Source of the DNA: Candidatus Micrarchaeota archaeon
GTDB taxonomy: Archaea; Micrarchaeota; Micrarchaeia; Anstonellales; Bilamarchaeaceae
Direction of reading: 5' to 3'
DNA length: 55,620 nucleotides
Assembly (NCBI GenBank): GCA_018813505.1
Contig: JAHJBM010000011.1
Location: 1 to 55,620 of the forward strand
The translations under genes were made by a program, and so were the position numbers. This document shows positions 19,088 through 28,400 of this stretch, in pieces. Below the pieces are notes generated by a model. It was not told the origin of the DNA and did no database searches. It saw nothing but the letters and a program-made list of their open reading frames with translations. Within the stretch, counting starts at the first letter, position 1, and the number at the start of each line of letters is the position of its first letter.

Positions 19088-19774
19088 ATGCCCGAAAATT
19101 ATACTAAAGACATTCTGAAGCTTGAAAATATCACCAAGTCATATCAAATGGGTGATGACGTAGAGGTTACTGCATTATCAAATCTGAATCTTACGATAAA
19201 ACAAAACGATTTTATATCAATTCTTGGTCCAAGTGGTTCAGGTAAATCAACCCTTTTGCATATGATGGGTCTGCTGGATACTCCAACAAGCGGGAAGAGG
19301 TATGTTGATGAGATAGACACCACAACTATGAGTGAGGATGATATGGCACGCATTCGAGGGAAAAAGATCGGTTTTGTGTTCCAAACATTTAATCTTATAT
19401 CCTCTTTGACAGCATTGGAAAATGTTGAACTTCCGATGCTTCTTTGTGATCAAAATTCAGATCAAAGGAAAGAAAAAGCAATGGAGCTCATGGGTCTGGT
19501 AGGGCTCTCAGATCGTCTTGATCATCTCCCTGGTCAGCTTTCAGGTGGCCAAAGGCAAAGGGTTGCTATTGCACGTGCGCTTGCCAATGATCCGGAAATT
19601 ATACTTGCCGATGAGCCGACAGGTAATTTAGATTCAAAAACTGGTTCTGAGGTTCTTGGAATATTCAGATCACTACATAAGAAAGGAAAGACTATCATTG
19701 TGATTACGCATGATCAAAGCATTGCAAAGATGACTGATAGGATTGTGAGGTTAAAAGATGGAAAAATTATTTGA
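19088..19774 (+). CDS. ABC transporter ATP-binding protein (MacB/LolD-type)
   Basis: Walker [10 protein letters not shown], signature [15 protein letters not shown], Walker [13 protein letters not shown]-loop ITHD. ATG at 19088 is preferred to TTG at 19070. Confidence 0.92.
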   Translation: MPENYTKDILKLENITKSYQMGDDVEVTALSNLNLTIKQNDFISILGPSGSGKSTLLHMMGLLDTPTSGKRYVDEIDTTTMSEDDMARIRGKKIGFVFQTFNLISSLTALENVELPMLLCDQNSDQRKEKAMELMGLVGLSDRLDHLPGQLSGGQRQRVAIARALANDPEIILADEPTGNLDSKTGSEVLGIFRSLHKKGKTIIVITHDQSIAKMTDRIVRLKDGKII

Positions 19775-19790
19775 TATTAATGTGGGTGTT

Positions 19791-21305
19791 ATGATGAAAA
19801 CAAAATTTGTACTGTTAATACTGGCTTTATTAGGACTTAGTTTTGCGTCGCTTTCAATATCTGACTGGAGTGTCTCATCTGATAGTTTCAATCCTGGCGC
19901 AAGTGGTATCCTTACTATAGAAATTTCGAATCCATGCACCTCATCTGGTGCCGTGGTTTCGTGTTCAGGTATCGTTTCAGTAAACTCTGTTACTGTGGAT
20001 GTAAATGCCCCCTCTCAGATAGTTATGACTGGAAGGCAGAATGTGGGTGATCTGGAAGCAGGCGGCTCTACAACTATCTCATTACCTTTCAAAGTATCGT
20101 CTTCTGCCAACAGTGCCATTTATCAGGTTGAAATTGTGTTAAGTGGTTTCTCAAGCAGCAGTAGTACTGGTGGGGGGTATGATTCATTTTCAAGGCGCCT
20201 GACGGTTCCAATAACTGTTGCAAAACACCCTGTACTTGACATTTCAATTGACAAACAGGTTATCGGCGGGGTTGACGATGTGGTTGTCACCATAACAAAC
20301 CAGGGTGGCAATGCAAGTGATGTTTATCTTAGCATTGACAGCGAATCTGATGTAGCGTTTTATGGTTCTGACAAGGTTTATGTACCCAATGCAGGTCAGT
20401 CTGTCTCAGTAGATGTAACTATCGATTCACGTGATGCCTTTGACGGTCCGACAAACATTCCATTTATAATAGATTACAGGGACGAACTTGGTATTTCTCA
20501 TCAGGATGAATTGAGTATGAGAATTACTGTGAGAAATAAAAAACTGGATCTTGATTTCCTGCAACAGAGCGATATAATTACCAGGCACGAAGGCACATTG
20601 ACACTGCGGGTTCGAAATGACGGTGAAGAAACATTGAAGGATGTCAGGTTGACATTTTCTGATTCGTCCCTGAGGTTCGTTGACACCAACGAGTTCAAAT
20701 TTGGTGATGTGGCTCCTGGAGAATTTAAATCAGCATCAGTTATTGTTTTTCCTGATCTTACACCTGGCGTTAATATTATGGAAGCGACAGTAACTTGGAT
20801 CGAAAAAGAAGTGCAAAAAGATGAAAAAAGAAACGTGCCTGTGACTGTAACTTCTGATGCGGATGTCGGTGTATATCTTGAGGCAAAACCACTTCCTCTT
20901 ACTGTTGGGTCAGAGCACACAATTTCAGTTCTCGTATCAAATCTCGGTTCTTACTCGATCGAGAATGTGGAAGTGTCTCTATCCTCTCCTGTACTTTCCT
21001 TGCTTGACATATCAGATCGACAATATATTGGTGGCCTGCAACAGGATGATTTTTCAACCGTTCAATTCCTGATGAAAGTAAATGCAACAGAAGCTGGTAC
21101 ATATCCAGCAACCGTGATAGTGAACTATCGTGATCAGTCTGGAGAATGGAAGCAGAAGGTTATTGAAAAAAACATAATGGTCTCGCAGTCTGCACAGTCT
21201 GATGTAAATCCATTGCCACTGCTTGCGGTTCTGGGTGTCATCGCCGTTGGCATATGGTATTTCAAATTCAGGAAAAAACCTGCCAAACCAAACGGATCAA
21301 GATGA
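19791..21305 (+). CDS. Secreted, C-terminally anchored surface protein with repeated CARDB/NEW3-like (COG1361-type) beta-sandwich domains
   Basis: Signal peptide MMKTKFVLLILALLGLSFA. There are 4-5 repeats of about 100 aa with alternating beta pattern (ITNQGG..., VRNDGE..., VSNLGS...). C-terminal TM plus basic tail. It is embedded between the ABC ATPase and the permeases. Confidence 0.55.
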   Translation: MMKTKFVLLILALLGLSFASLSISDWSVSSDSFNPGASGILTIEISNPCTSSGAVVSCSGIVSVNSVTVDVNAPSQIVMTGRQNVGDLEAGGSTTISLPFKVSSSANSAIYQVEIVLSGFSSSSSTGGGYDSFSRRLTVPITVAKHPVLDISIDKQVIGGVDDVVVTITNQGGNASDVYLSIDSESDVAFYGSDKVYVPNAGQSVSVDVTIDSRDAFDGPTNIPFIIDYRDELGISHQDELSMRITVRNKKLDLDFLQQSDIITRHEGTLTLRVRNDGEETLKDVRLTFSDSSLRFVDTNEFKFGDVAPGEFKSASVIVFPDLTPGVNIMEATVTWIEKEVQKDEKRNVPVTVTSDADVGVYLEAKPLPLTVGSEHTISVLVSNLGSYSIENVEVSLSSPVLSLLDISDRQYIGGLQQDDFSTVQFLMKVNATEAGTYPATVIVNYRDQSGEWKQKVIEKNIMVSQSAQSDVNPLPLLAVLGVIAVGIWYFKFRKKPAKPNGSR

Positions 21306-21367
21306 ATCTCAAGACGGCCATTAAGATGAACGAATTGGTACGTCTTGTTGGTCAGGAGATGAAATAA

Positions 21368-22579
21368 ATGAACATTGAGCAGATGTTTAATTTCAGCCTT
21401 AGATTCCTTATGCACCAAAGGTTGCGTTCATTCCTTACTGTGCTAGGCATAATAGTTGGCATTTCATCAATTGTCCTTCTGGTCGGATTGGTGCAGGGTC
21501 TTAAACAGGATATACTTGTGCAACTTGAGGACTTTGGTCCAAGAACCATAATCATCTCCCCGGTAAATATGCAGGGTGGTGGGTCAATAGGTCCTGGTTC
21601 TTCTTTTACCCCGACTTCTGGCAAGCTTTTTGAAAAAGATTATGAACGAATAAAGCGAATGCCAGAGATCAAGACTATCACAAAAGTTATCACTGGTCAG
21701 ATCACAGTCGAATTCAAGGATCAATCAATAAGCAGTCAGGTCTATGGTATAGAAGCGGATGTTTTCATGGATACGCTTTCTGTTGAAGTGGACTCTGGTC
21801 GCTTTCTGAGTGCAAGTGATGGTGCTGTTGCCGTACTTGGATCAAAAGTTGCAGAGAGTTTTGATGAGGATGTTCATACTCAGTCCAATATAAATCTCGG
21901 GGGAAAGACATTCAAGATTATCGGAATCCTCAAATCAACTGGAAATTCGTTTGCACCTATTGATAATACAATTATGATCCCGTTTGATCAAGCAAAGGAT
22001 CTTTTTTCCGAAAGGCTGCTTGATGATGAGATATCTGCAATACGTTTGACTCTTGACGAGGGTACTGATGTTGATGCCGCTGCCATTGAAGTTGAGGATA
22101 TAATGATGGCATCTCATCGCGTTACTGAGGATGAAAAAGATTTTGGGGTTATAAGTCCCACGTTCATAAATCAGCAGTTCAGCAGCATACTTGACCTTCT
22201 TGCAGTTTTTCTTGGGGCAATAGCTTCAATATCACTGATTGTCGGTGGCATAGGTATATCGAACACCATGTTCATGAGTGTAATGGAACGCAGGACAGAA
22301 ATCGGTACTATGAAAGCCGTTGGCGCGACCCAAAATCAGATCAGGAATATCTTTCTGGTTGAAAGCAGTATTATCGGCCTTTTGGGTGGATTGCTAGGTC
22401 TCTTGCTGGCTGCAGTTCTTGGTTTTATTATATCTCTTTTGGGAGTAACATTCATTTTTGATATTTACGTAACAATCGGCGCGCTTTTGTTTTCAGTACT
22501 TGTAGGCATTATATCAGGTACATTTCCGGCAACAGAAGCTGCAAAAGTTGATCCGATAGTTGCATTGAGGTATGAGTGA
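21368..22579 (+). CDS. ABC transporter permease, FtsX/MacB-type
   Basis: N-terminal TM, an extracytoplasmic MacB_PCD-like domain of about 220 aa, and three C-terminal TMs with the GGIGISNTM...ERRTEIGTMKAVGAT motif. Confidence 0.88.
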   Translation: MNIEQMFNFSLRFLMHQRLRSFLTVLGIIVGISSIVLLVGLVQGLKQDILVQLEDFGPRTIIISPVNMQGGGSIGPGSSFTPTSGKLFEKDYERIKRMPEIKTITKVITGQITVEFKDQSISSQVYGIEADVFMDTLSVEVDSGRFLSASDGAVAVLGSKVAESFDEDVHTQSNINLGGKTFKIIGILKSTGNSFAPIDNTIMIPFDQAKDLFSERLLDDEISAIRLTLDEGTDVDAAAIEVEDIMMASHRVTEDEKDFGVISPTFINQQFSSILDLLAVFLGAIASISLIVGGIGISNTMFMSVMERRTEIGTMKAVGATQNQIRNIFLVESSIIGLLGGLLGLLLAAVLGFIISLLGVTFIFDIYVTIGALLFSVLVGIISGTFPATEAAKVDPIVALRYE

Positions 22580-23802
22580 TGAAATCCAATGACATCCTGA
22601 TGTATGCGGTGAAGAACATTACGAAAAGACAGTTACGCAGCTGGCTTACTATCATCGGTATGGTCATTGGCGTAATCGCAATTGTTGTCATACTGTCAAT
22701 AAGTGAGGGATTTAACCAAGATATACTTACTCAACTTAGTGCTTTTGGCGCGGATCAGATCATAGTTATGCCTGTTTCATCTTTGGAAGGTTCTTTTGGT
22801 GGTTCTGGTGTGGGGAGTGCACCTACGAGCGGAAAAATATTGGAAGAGGATGTGGATGATATTCGGAGCATTCCGGGAGTGAAAACCGTTGTCCGCACTC
22901 TTTACGGGAGGGCAAGTCTTTCATTCAAGGGAAAAGACATAACTGCGACGATATATCCGACGGATGTTGCAATGTTTGATATGTATGAAGGATATATGGA
23001 ACTGGAATCCGGTCGCATGTATAAGGAAGGCGAGCGCAATGTTGCTGTGTTTGCTGCTGACGCATCAACCGAGTTGTTTGGCAAGGATAAAGTGAGTGTG
23101 GGCAGCGTGGTTCAATTAAACGAAAAGAATTATCGTGTTGTGGGTGTCCTGAAAAAAATAGGCACCAGCCTTTCACAGACTGATGATAAGGCGATCTATG
23201 TACCATTTGAAGATGGTAAGGATCTTTTCAAAGGGCAGTTCCTGGATGATGAAATTGGATATGCAATGGTGCAGATCAATGAAGGTTTTGAAGCAAACCA
23301 GATCAAGGATGCAATAGAGCAAAAACTAATCGCAAATCATCATGTGCGGGAAGATGAAAAGGATTTCTCGGTAATCACATCAGATCAGATAATGGAAATG
23401 GTCAGTAGCGTGCTTTTGACTTCCCAGATCGTGCTTGGTGCCATAACCCTGATCTCTTCTGTTGTCGGGGCAATAGGTATTTCAAATACGATGTTCATGA
23501 ACGTTCTCGAGCGCGTTAAGGAAATAGGTATTCTGAAATCTGTTGGCGCAACAAGAAAGGATATCCTGTCACTATTCTTGACCGAAAGTGCAATAATCGG
23601 GCTTATCGGTGGTTCAATCGGCCTGATGCTTGGTTATGGTCTTCTTGAACTTCTTGTGAGCATTTTTGATGTGCCTGCGTTGCTTACTGTCAATATAATA
23701 GCATTTGTTTTCCTGTTTTCGGTTGGCACTGGTCTTGTTGCCGGTTTCCTTCCTGCATACAGGGCCGCAAAACTTGATCCTGTTGAAGCTCTGAGATTGT
23801 GA
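22579..23802 (+). CDS. ABC transporter permease, FtsX/MacB-type (paralogue)
   Basis: Same architecture as the preceding permease (GAIGISNTM...ERVKEIGILKSVGAT). The ATG overlaps the preceding TGA (TGATG). Confidence 0.88.
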   Translation: MKSNDILMYAVKNITKRQLRSWLTIIGMVIGVIAIVVILSISEGFNQDILTQLSAFGADQIIVMPVSSLEGSFGGSGVGSAPTSGKILEEDVDDIRSIPGVKTVVRTLYGRASLSFKGKDITATIYPTDVAMFDMYEGYMELESGRMYKEGERNVAVFAADASTELFGKDKVSVGSVVQLNEKNYRVVGVLKKIGTSLSQTDDKAIYVPFEDGKDLFKGQFLDDEIGYAMVQINEGFEANQIKDAIEQKLIANHHVREDEKDFSVITSDQIMEMVSSVLLTSQIVLGAITLISSVVGAIGISNTMFMNVLERVKEIGILKSVGATRKDILSLFLTESAIIGLIGGSIGLMLGYGLLELLVSIFDVPALLTVNIIAFVFLFSVGTGLVAGFLPAYRAAKLDPVEALRL

Positions 23803-23883
23803 GTTTCGTTGGTTTTGATGTCATGGATTTTTGATTTATGACAAAGTTCTGTTTTTTATTTATTACCAATATGAATACCATTT

Positions 23884-25041
23884 ATGTCTACTGATCATGA
23901 TTACAATAAAGAATCCCTAGAGATCCACAGGAAAATCAAAGGTAAGCTTTCCATCTCAGCAAAAACGCCGATAAAAAATATGCATGATATGTCAGTGCTG
24001 TATACTCCTGGTGTTGCAGAACCCTGCCGTCATATCGCAAAAGACAAGGTGCTTGCATATGATCTGACAATGAAGCACAACACCGTCGCTATCGTAAGCG
24101 ATGGTACTCGTGTTTTAGGTTTGGGGGATATTGGTCCAGAAGCAGCATTGCCGGTGATGGAAGGGAAGGCGCTGATCATGCAACAATTTGCAGGTATAGA
24201 TGCGTTCCCAGTTTGTCTCGATGAAAAAGACTCAGATAAAATTGTCGAAATAGTAAAAGCGATTGCTCCTAATTTTGGTGCAATAAATCTTGAAGATATT
24301 TCGACTCCAAAAGTATTTCATATCGAGGCGCGGCTTATCAAAGAACTTGACATTCCGGTATTTCATGATGATCAGCACGGTACTGCGGTGGTTGTCTTAG
24401 CTGGCTTGATCAATGCAATGAAACTGACCAAAAAAACAAAAATCGAAAGCGTGCAAGTCGGCATCATTGGTTCAGGCGCAGCAGGTTACGGCATAGCACG
24501 TCTTCTCCATGCGTACGGCTTCAGAAATGTCGTTGTCTTTGACAGCAAAGGTGCGTTACACAATGGCAGAACCGATCTGGTCGATTATAAAAAAGATCTT
24601 GTAATATTCACAAATCCATCTGATTTCAAAGGGAAAATATCAGAGTTCAAGGATGCAGAAATCATAATCTCAGCCGCATCTCCAGGTGCACTTCCAATAG
24701 AAACCATACGCGCCATGAAAAAGCCGAATATTGTTTTCGCTCTTGCAAATCCGGTTTCAGAAATTTCGTTAGAACAAGCAAAAGAACTCGGAATTGATAT
24801 TTTTGGCACAGGTAGAAGCGATTGTCCGAACCAAATAAACAATTCATTGTGTTTTCCTGGATTTCTTCGTGCTCTTCTAGATTTGCGTATCACCAAGATT
24901 ACAGATAAAATGAAGATTGCCGCAGCCAAAGGGATTGCTGCAAGTTTGCCAGAATCCCAGTTGTCAAAAGATAGAATAGTTCCTGATCCATTTGAACCGT
25001 CTCTGGCTGAAAACATAAAAAAAGCAATCTCGGGTCTATAA
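23884..25041 (+). CDS. NAD(P)-dependent malic enzyme (short form)
   Basis: VAIVSDGTRVLGLGDIGPEAALPVMEGKA, HDDQHGTAVV, and the Rossmann motif GSGAAG. Confidence 0.88.
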   Translation: MSTDHDYNKESLEIHRKIKGKLSISAKTPIKNMHDMSVLYTPGVAEPCRHIAKDKVLAYDLTMKHNTVAIVSDGTRVLGLGDIGPEAALPVMEGKALIMQQFAGIDAFPVCLDEKDSDKIVEIVKAIAPNFGAINLEDISTPKVFHIEARLIKELDIPVFHDDQHGTAVVVLAGLINAMKLTKKTKIESVQVGIIGSGAAGYGIARLLHAYGFRNVVVFDSKGALHNGRTDLVDYKKDLVIFTNPSDFKGKISEFKDAEIIISAASPGALPIETIRAMKKPNIVFALANPVSEISLEQAKELGIDIFGTGRSDCPNQINNSLCFPGFLRALLDLRITKITDKMKIAAAKGIAASLPESQLSKDRIVPDPFEPSLAENIKKAISGL

Positions 25042-25282
25042 TTGGAATTTTTTTGTTTTGTGCCTATTGATTTATTATGTCTTATACATTATCTTGTGGA
25101 TTCCAACTCCTACATGGCACATCTCAAAATACTATATGATGATGCTTCTAACTTGACTTCGTCACTTAACTTCTTCAGGTATTTCATCGCTTCTATCCAG
25201 GATTCTTATCTGACACAGTAATCCAGTATTCAGTTGTCTGTTTCTGGTTTTGCATTGACTGAACACAGGACACTGAACACTC

Positions 25283-25335
25283 TATGCTGTGTCGGCAGTA
25301 TGTGTTTTCTCAAGTGTAACTGGCGAACTTAAGTT
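25283..25335. repeat. Copy A of a bipartite element: 30-mer TATGCTGTGTCGGCAGTATGTGTTTTCTCA + 4 nt + 19-mer TAACTGGCGAACTTAAGTT
   Basis: Both halves recur perfectly, in inverted orientation, at 55420-55615. The 19-mer contains the perfect palindrome AACTTAAGTT. It lies 107 nt upstream of the 25442 start of the 1357-aa surface protein gene and is preceded by two ACTGAACAC direct repeats (25258-25266, 25272-25280). Confidence 0.9.
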
Positions 25336-25441
25336 CTAATCTGGGTTGTAATTTTACCCACATCTCCACAATTATGTTACCTATATAAATGTTGTCCGAT
25401 CATTTTTATCAACCAGTTATGTTTATTGGAAATTTGTTTAT

Positions 25442-28400
25442 ATGGTGCAATCCTCGGTGAACCACATGAGATTCATAAGACCTATCTGTTATCTGGTTGT
25501 TTTGTTACTAATATTATTTACATTTCCAGTTGCACATGCTCAGGATGCTGTATATGACGGCGTACTTGGTGCTCCTAAATGTTCTGGCAGTAGTTCGCCA
25601 TGTATTGCTGCTTCTGCATTACTTATATCTAGAGATAGTATGGGGGGTACGCAAGAACCAAACCAACCAAACACTCTGGATGGGTGTACTGATGGTGGTA
25701 CTGGGAATTATGGTTCTGAGGAATCAGTGGAAAATATAACTATTACTGATCTTGATACTTCTAATTTTGCAGGTGGGGATAATGTAAGGGTGACTGTGGG
25801 TTACCATGCTTTTGAATCTTCTGGGGTTGGTGATTATGTCTCTGTGTGGTATACTAATTCTACCTCTTCCATAACTTGGCAATTTATCGGTACGTTTGCT
25901 CTTTCAGATGGTAGTTATGCTACTCATGATTTTGACTTTGTTTTGGATGATGTTGTTGGAGAGCACGCCGTGAGAGCACAAATAAGGTATAACGGGGCTG
26001 ATAGTTCATGTTTACTTGGGGCATATGACGACAATGATGATCTTGTATTCCAGGTGGATGCAGGAGAAGTTATACCAGATACAAGAATAAATATCACTGG
26101 TTGTACTGAAATTTCTTCGAATGGTTCATACAAACTCAATCAAATTCTTTCTGGTGCGAATATATCAGCTACACCCTACTCTGATCTTGCCTGCCTTAAG
26201 ATTACTACCTCCAATGTTGCAATAAGTTGTGAGGGGTACAATATTTCAAATAACGGAACTACTGGTACTACATTTGGTATTCTTATCAACGGTACTGTGG
26301 ATATGCAATATAACAACATAACCATTGAGAATTGTCCAAATATTTCAGTATATACATACGGTGTTTATTCTTCATTTGCAAATGTTACTCTCTCGAATTC
26401 AACTATATTCAACAATACCTATAACATGTATCTTAATGCTTCAAATACTTCTGCATCCTCATACACTTTGTATAATGCGGATCTATTCGATCTCATAATA
26501 AATAATTCTGGAGGATCAGATCAAATAGTAAATATCAGTAGCATGATATTTGATAATTCTGCCGGAGGGCTCGTAGACTACACAACCATTTCCCTGAATG
26601 ATACTGTGTCTTCAGGTTCAGCATATTCTTTGAATTGGTCAGCCATTCCATTCACTCTACCAACAAACTACAATTCGTTTGAAAACAAATATTTGAATTT
26701 ATCTACTATTTCAGGCACAGTTTCCATAGAACAAATATTATGGCATTGGACGAATGCAGAAACTATAGGATATACAGAATCGCAACTTCAACTTTATGGT
26801 TATAGTGCATCAATATGGGATCAGCTTAATGATAGTCCAGATACCACTGAACATACATTAGGTTTAACTGATTTGGTTCCAGGTACTGTTTACGGTATCC
26901 TGGAATCTCCGACTCCATCCGGTTGTCAGCTCATAGATGCTCCTGGAATATACACTCTAAATATCGATGCCACTGGAGCTCCAACTGATTATGACATATT
27001 TACTGCTAGTGCATGTATTGTAATTGATAGTTCTGATGTTGAACTTAATTGTGATGGTCATAGTATAACTGGTGATGATACTGGTACTTATCAGACAAAA
27101 GTTGGAATATTCGCTGGGGATTTAGCATCATTGCAAAACATTACCATAAGAAATTGCCCTAACATATCATCTTATACTGTAGGTTTGTATACTTATTCAA
27201 TCAATGAAAGTTCATTTAGCAATATAACTATCTACAATACCACAGGTATAGTTACTTATGGTGCCTATCTTTCCGTATTTTCATACAGCGATGTTAGTAA
27301 TCTAACTGTCTATAACACAACTGGAAACGGAATAGATATTTACGGATCAAACGTTACTTTTTCTGATACTTTAGTGTATGATTCTGATGCTTATGGTATC
27401 TATGTCAATGGGTTTGCATCTAATCATACCTTTAGTAATGCCACTGTTCATAGTTCGGTTGCAGGTATACACACTGCATCATATCTGACAAACATTAGTG
27501 TTGCGCACTTATATAACAACACTGTTGATTTGGAATTATATGGTGGTACTGCAGATGTAATTATTTACCTTGATAATGTTGTATTTGATTCTGCATCTGG
27601 AACTTATGTTAATTACACTAACCTATCTATGTCAGATACTCTCCCAGAAGATATGATGTATGGTGGCGAGAGATACACAATAACCCACACGACTAATTCA
27701 TCTACACTTCCAACTGATTATTCGAGTTTTGCGCAGAAATTCATAAATATCACAAATACTTCGAGACCTGTTTCTATTGATTCCATAAGTTGGACTTGGT
27801 TGGAATCTGAACTTACTGGCTACACTGAAGCCGATTTTGAACTTTGGAAATACGATGCTTCTGGTTGGACTTTGCTAAATGACACTCCAGATACAACTAA
27901 CAATATAATTACCCTTTCTGCTTTGGTACCTTCAGGTGAATATGCTATTCTTCTGAACGACACTGCCTCAGATAGCACCTATCCAACAATATCATTAGAA
28001 TACCCAGAAAACACAACCTACAGTACAAATGAAAGCTTACCCTTGAATTATACTGTAGCAGATGAAACTGCAATTGATTCATGTTGGTATTCTCTTGATG
28101 ATGGAGCTTCAGTTTCATTAGCTGGTTGTACTAACACAACCTTCAATGTTGTTGCAGGTGATGGATGGCATAACATAACTGTCTATGTCAATGATTCAGC
28201 AAACAACACAAATTCAACAATTCAATATTTCTCAATAGATAGCACCTATCCAACAATATCATTAGAATACCCAGAAAACACAACCTACAGTACAAATTCT
28301 ATAGCATTACAATATCTCGTATCAGACAGCAATTTAGATTCTTGTTGGTATAATCTTAACGGAGAATCAAACACAACTTTGGCAGGTTGTGGAAATACAA

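Noticed and set aside
19921-19935. T-loop-like TTCGAATCC string, checked while scanning for tRNA genes
   Set aside because: It lies inside the surface-protein CDS, and no acceptor or anticodon stems can be drawn around it. No other intergenic region showed tRNA-like GC-rich cloverleaf potential.
25136-25214. C/D-box sRNA candidate: AUGAUGA at 25136 and CUGA at 25211. A 34-aa ORF (35 codons with stop) at 25114-25218 covers the same stretch.
   Set aside because: There are no C' or D' boxes and no terminal stem, and the spacing is longer than in typical archaeal C/D sRNAs. The small ORF has no supporting signal. Without expression data neither can be supported.
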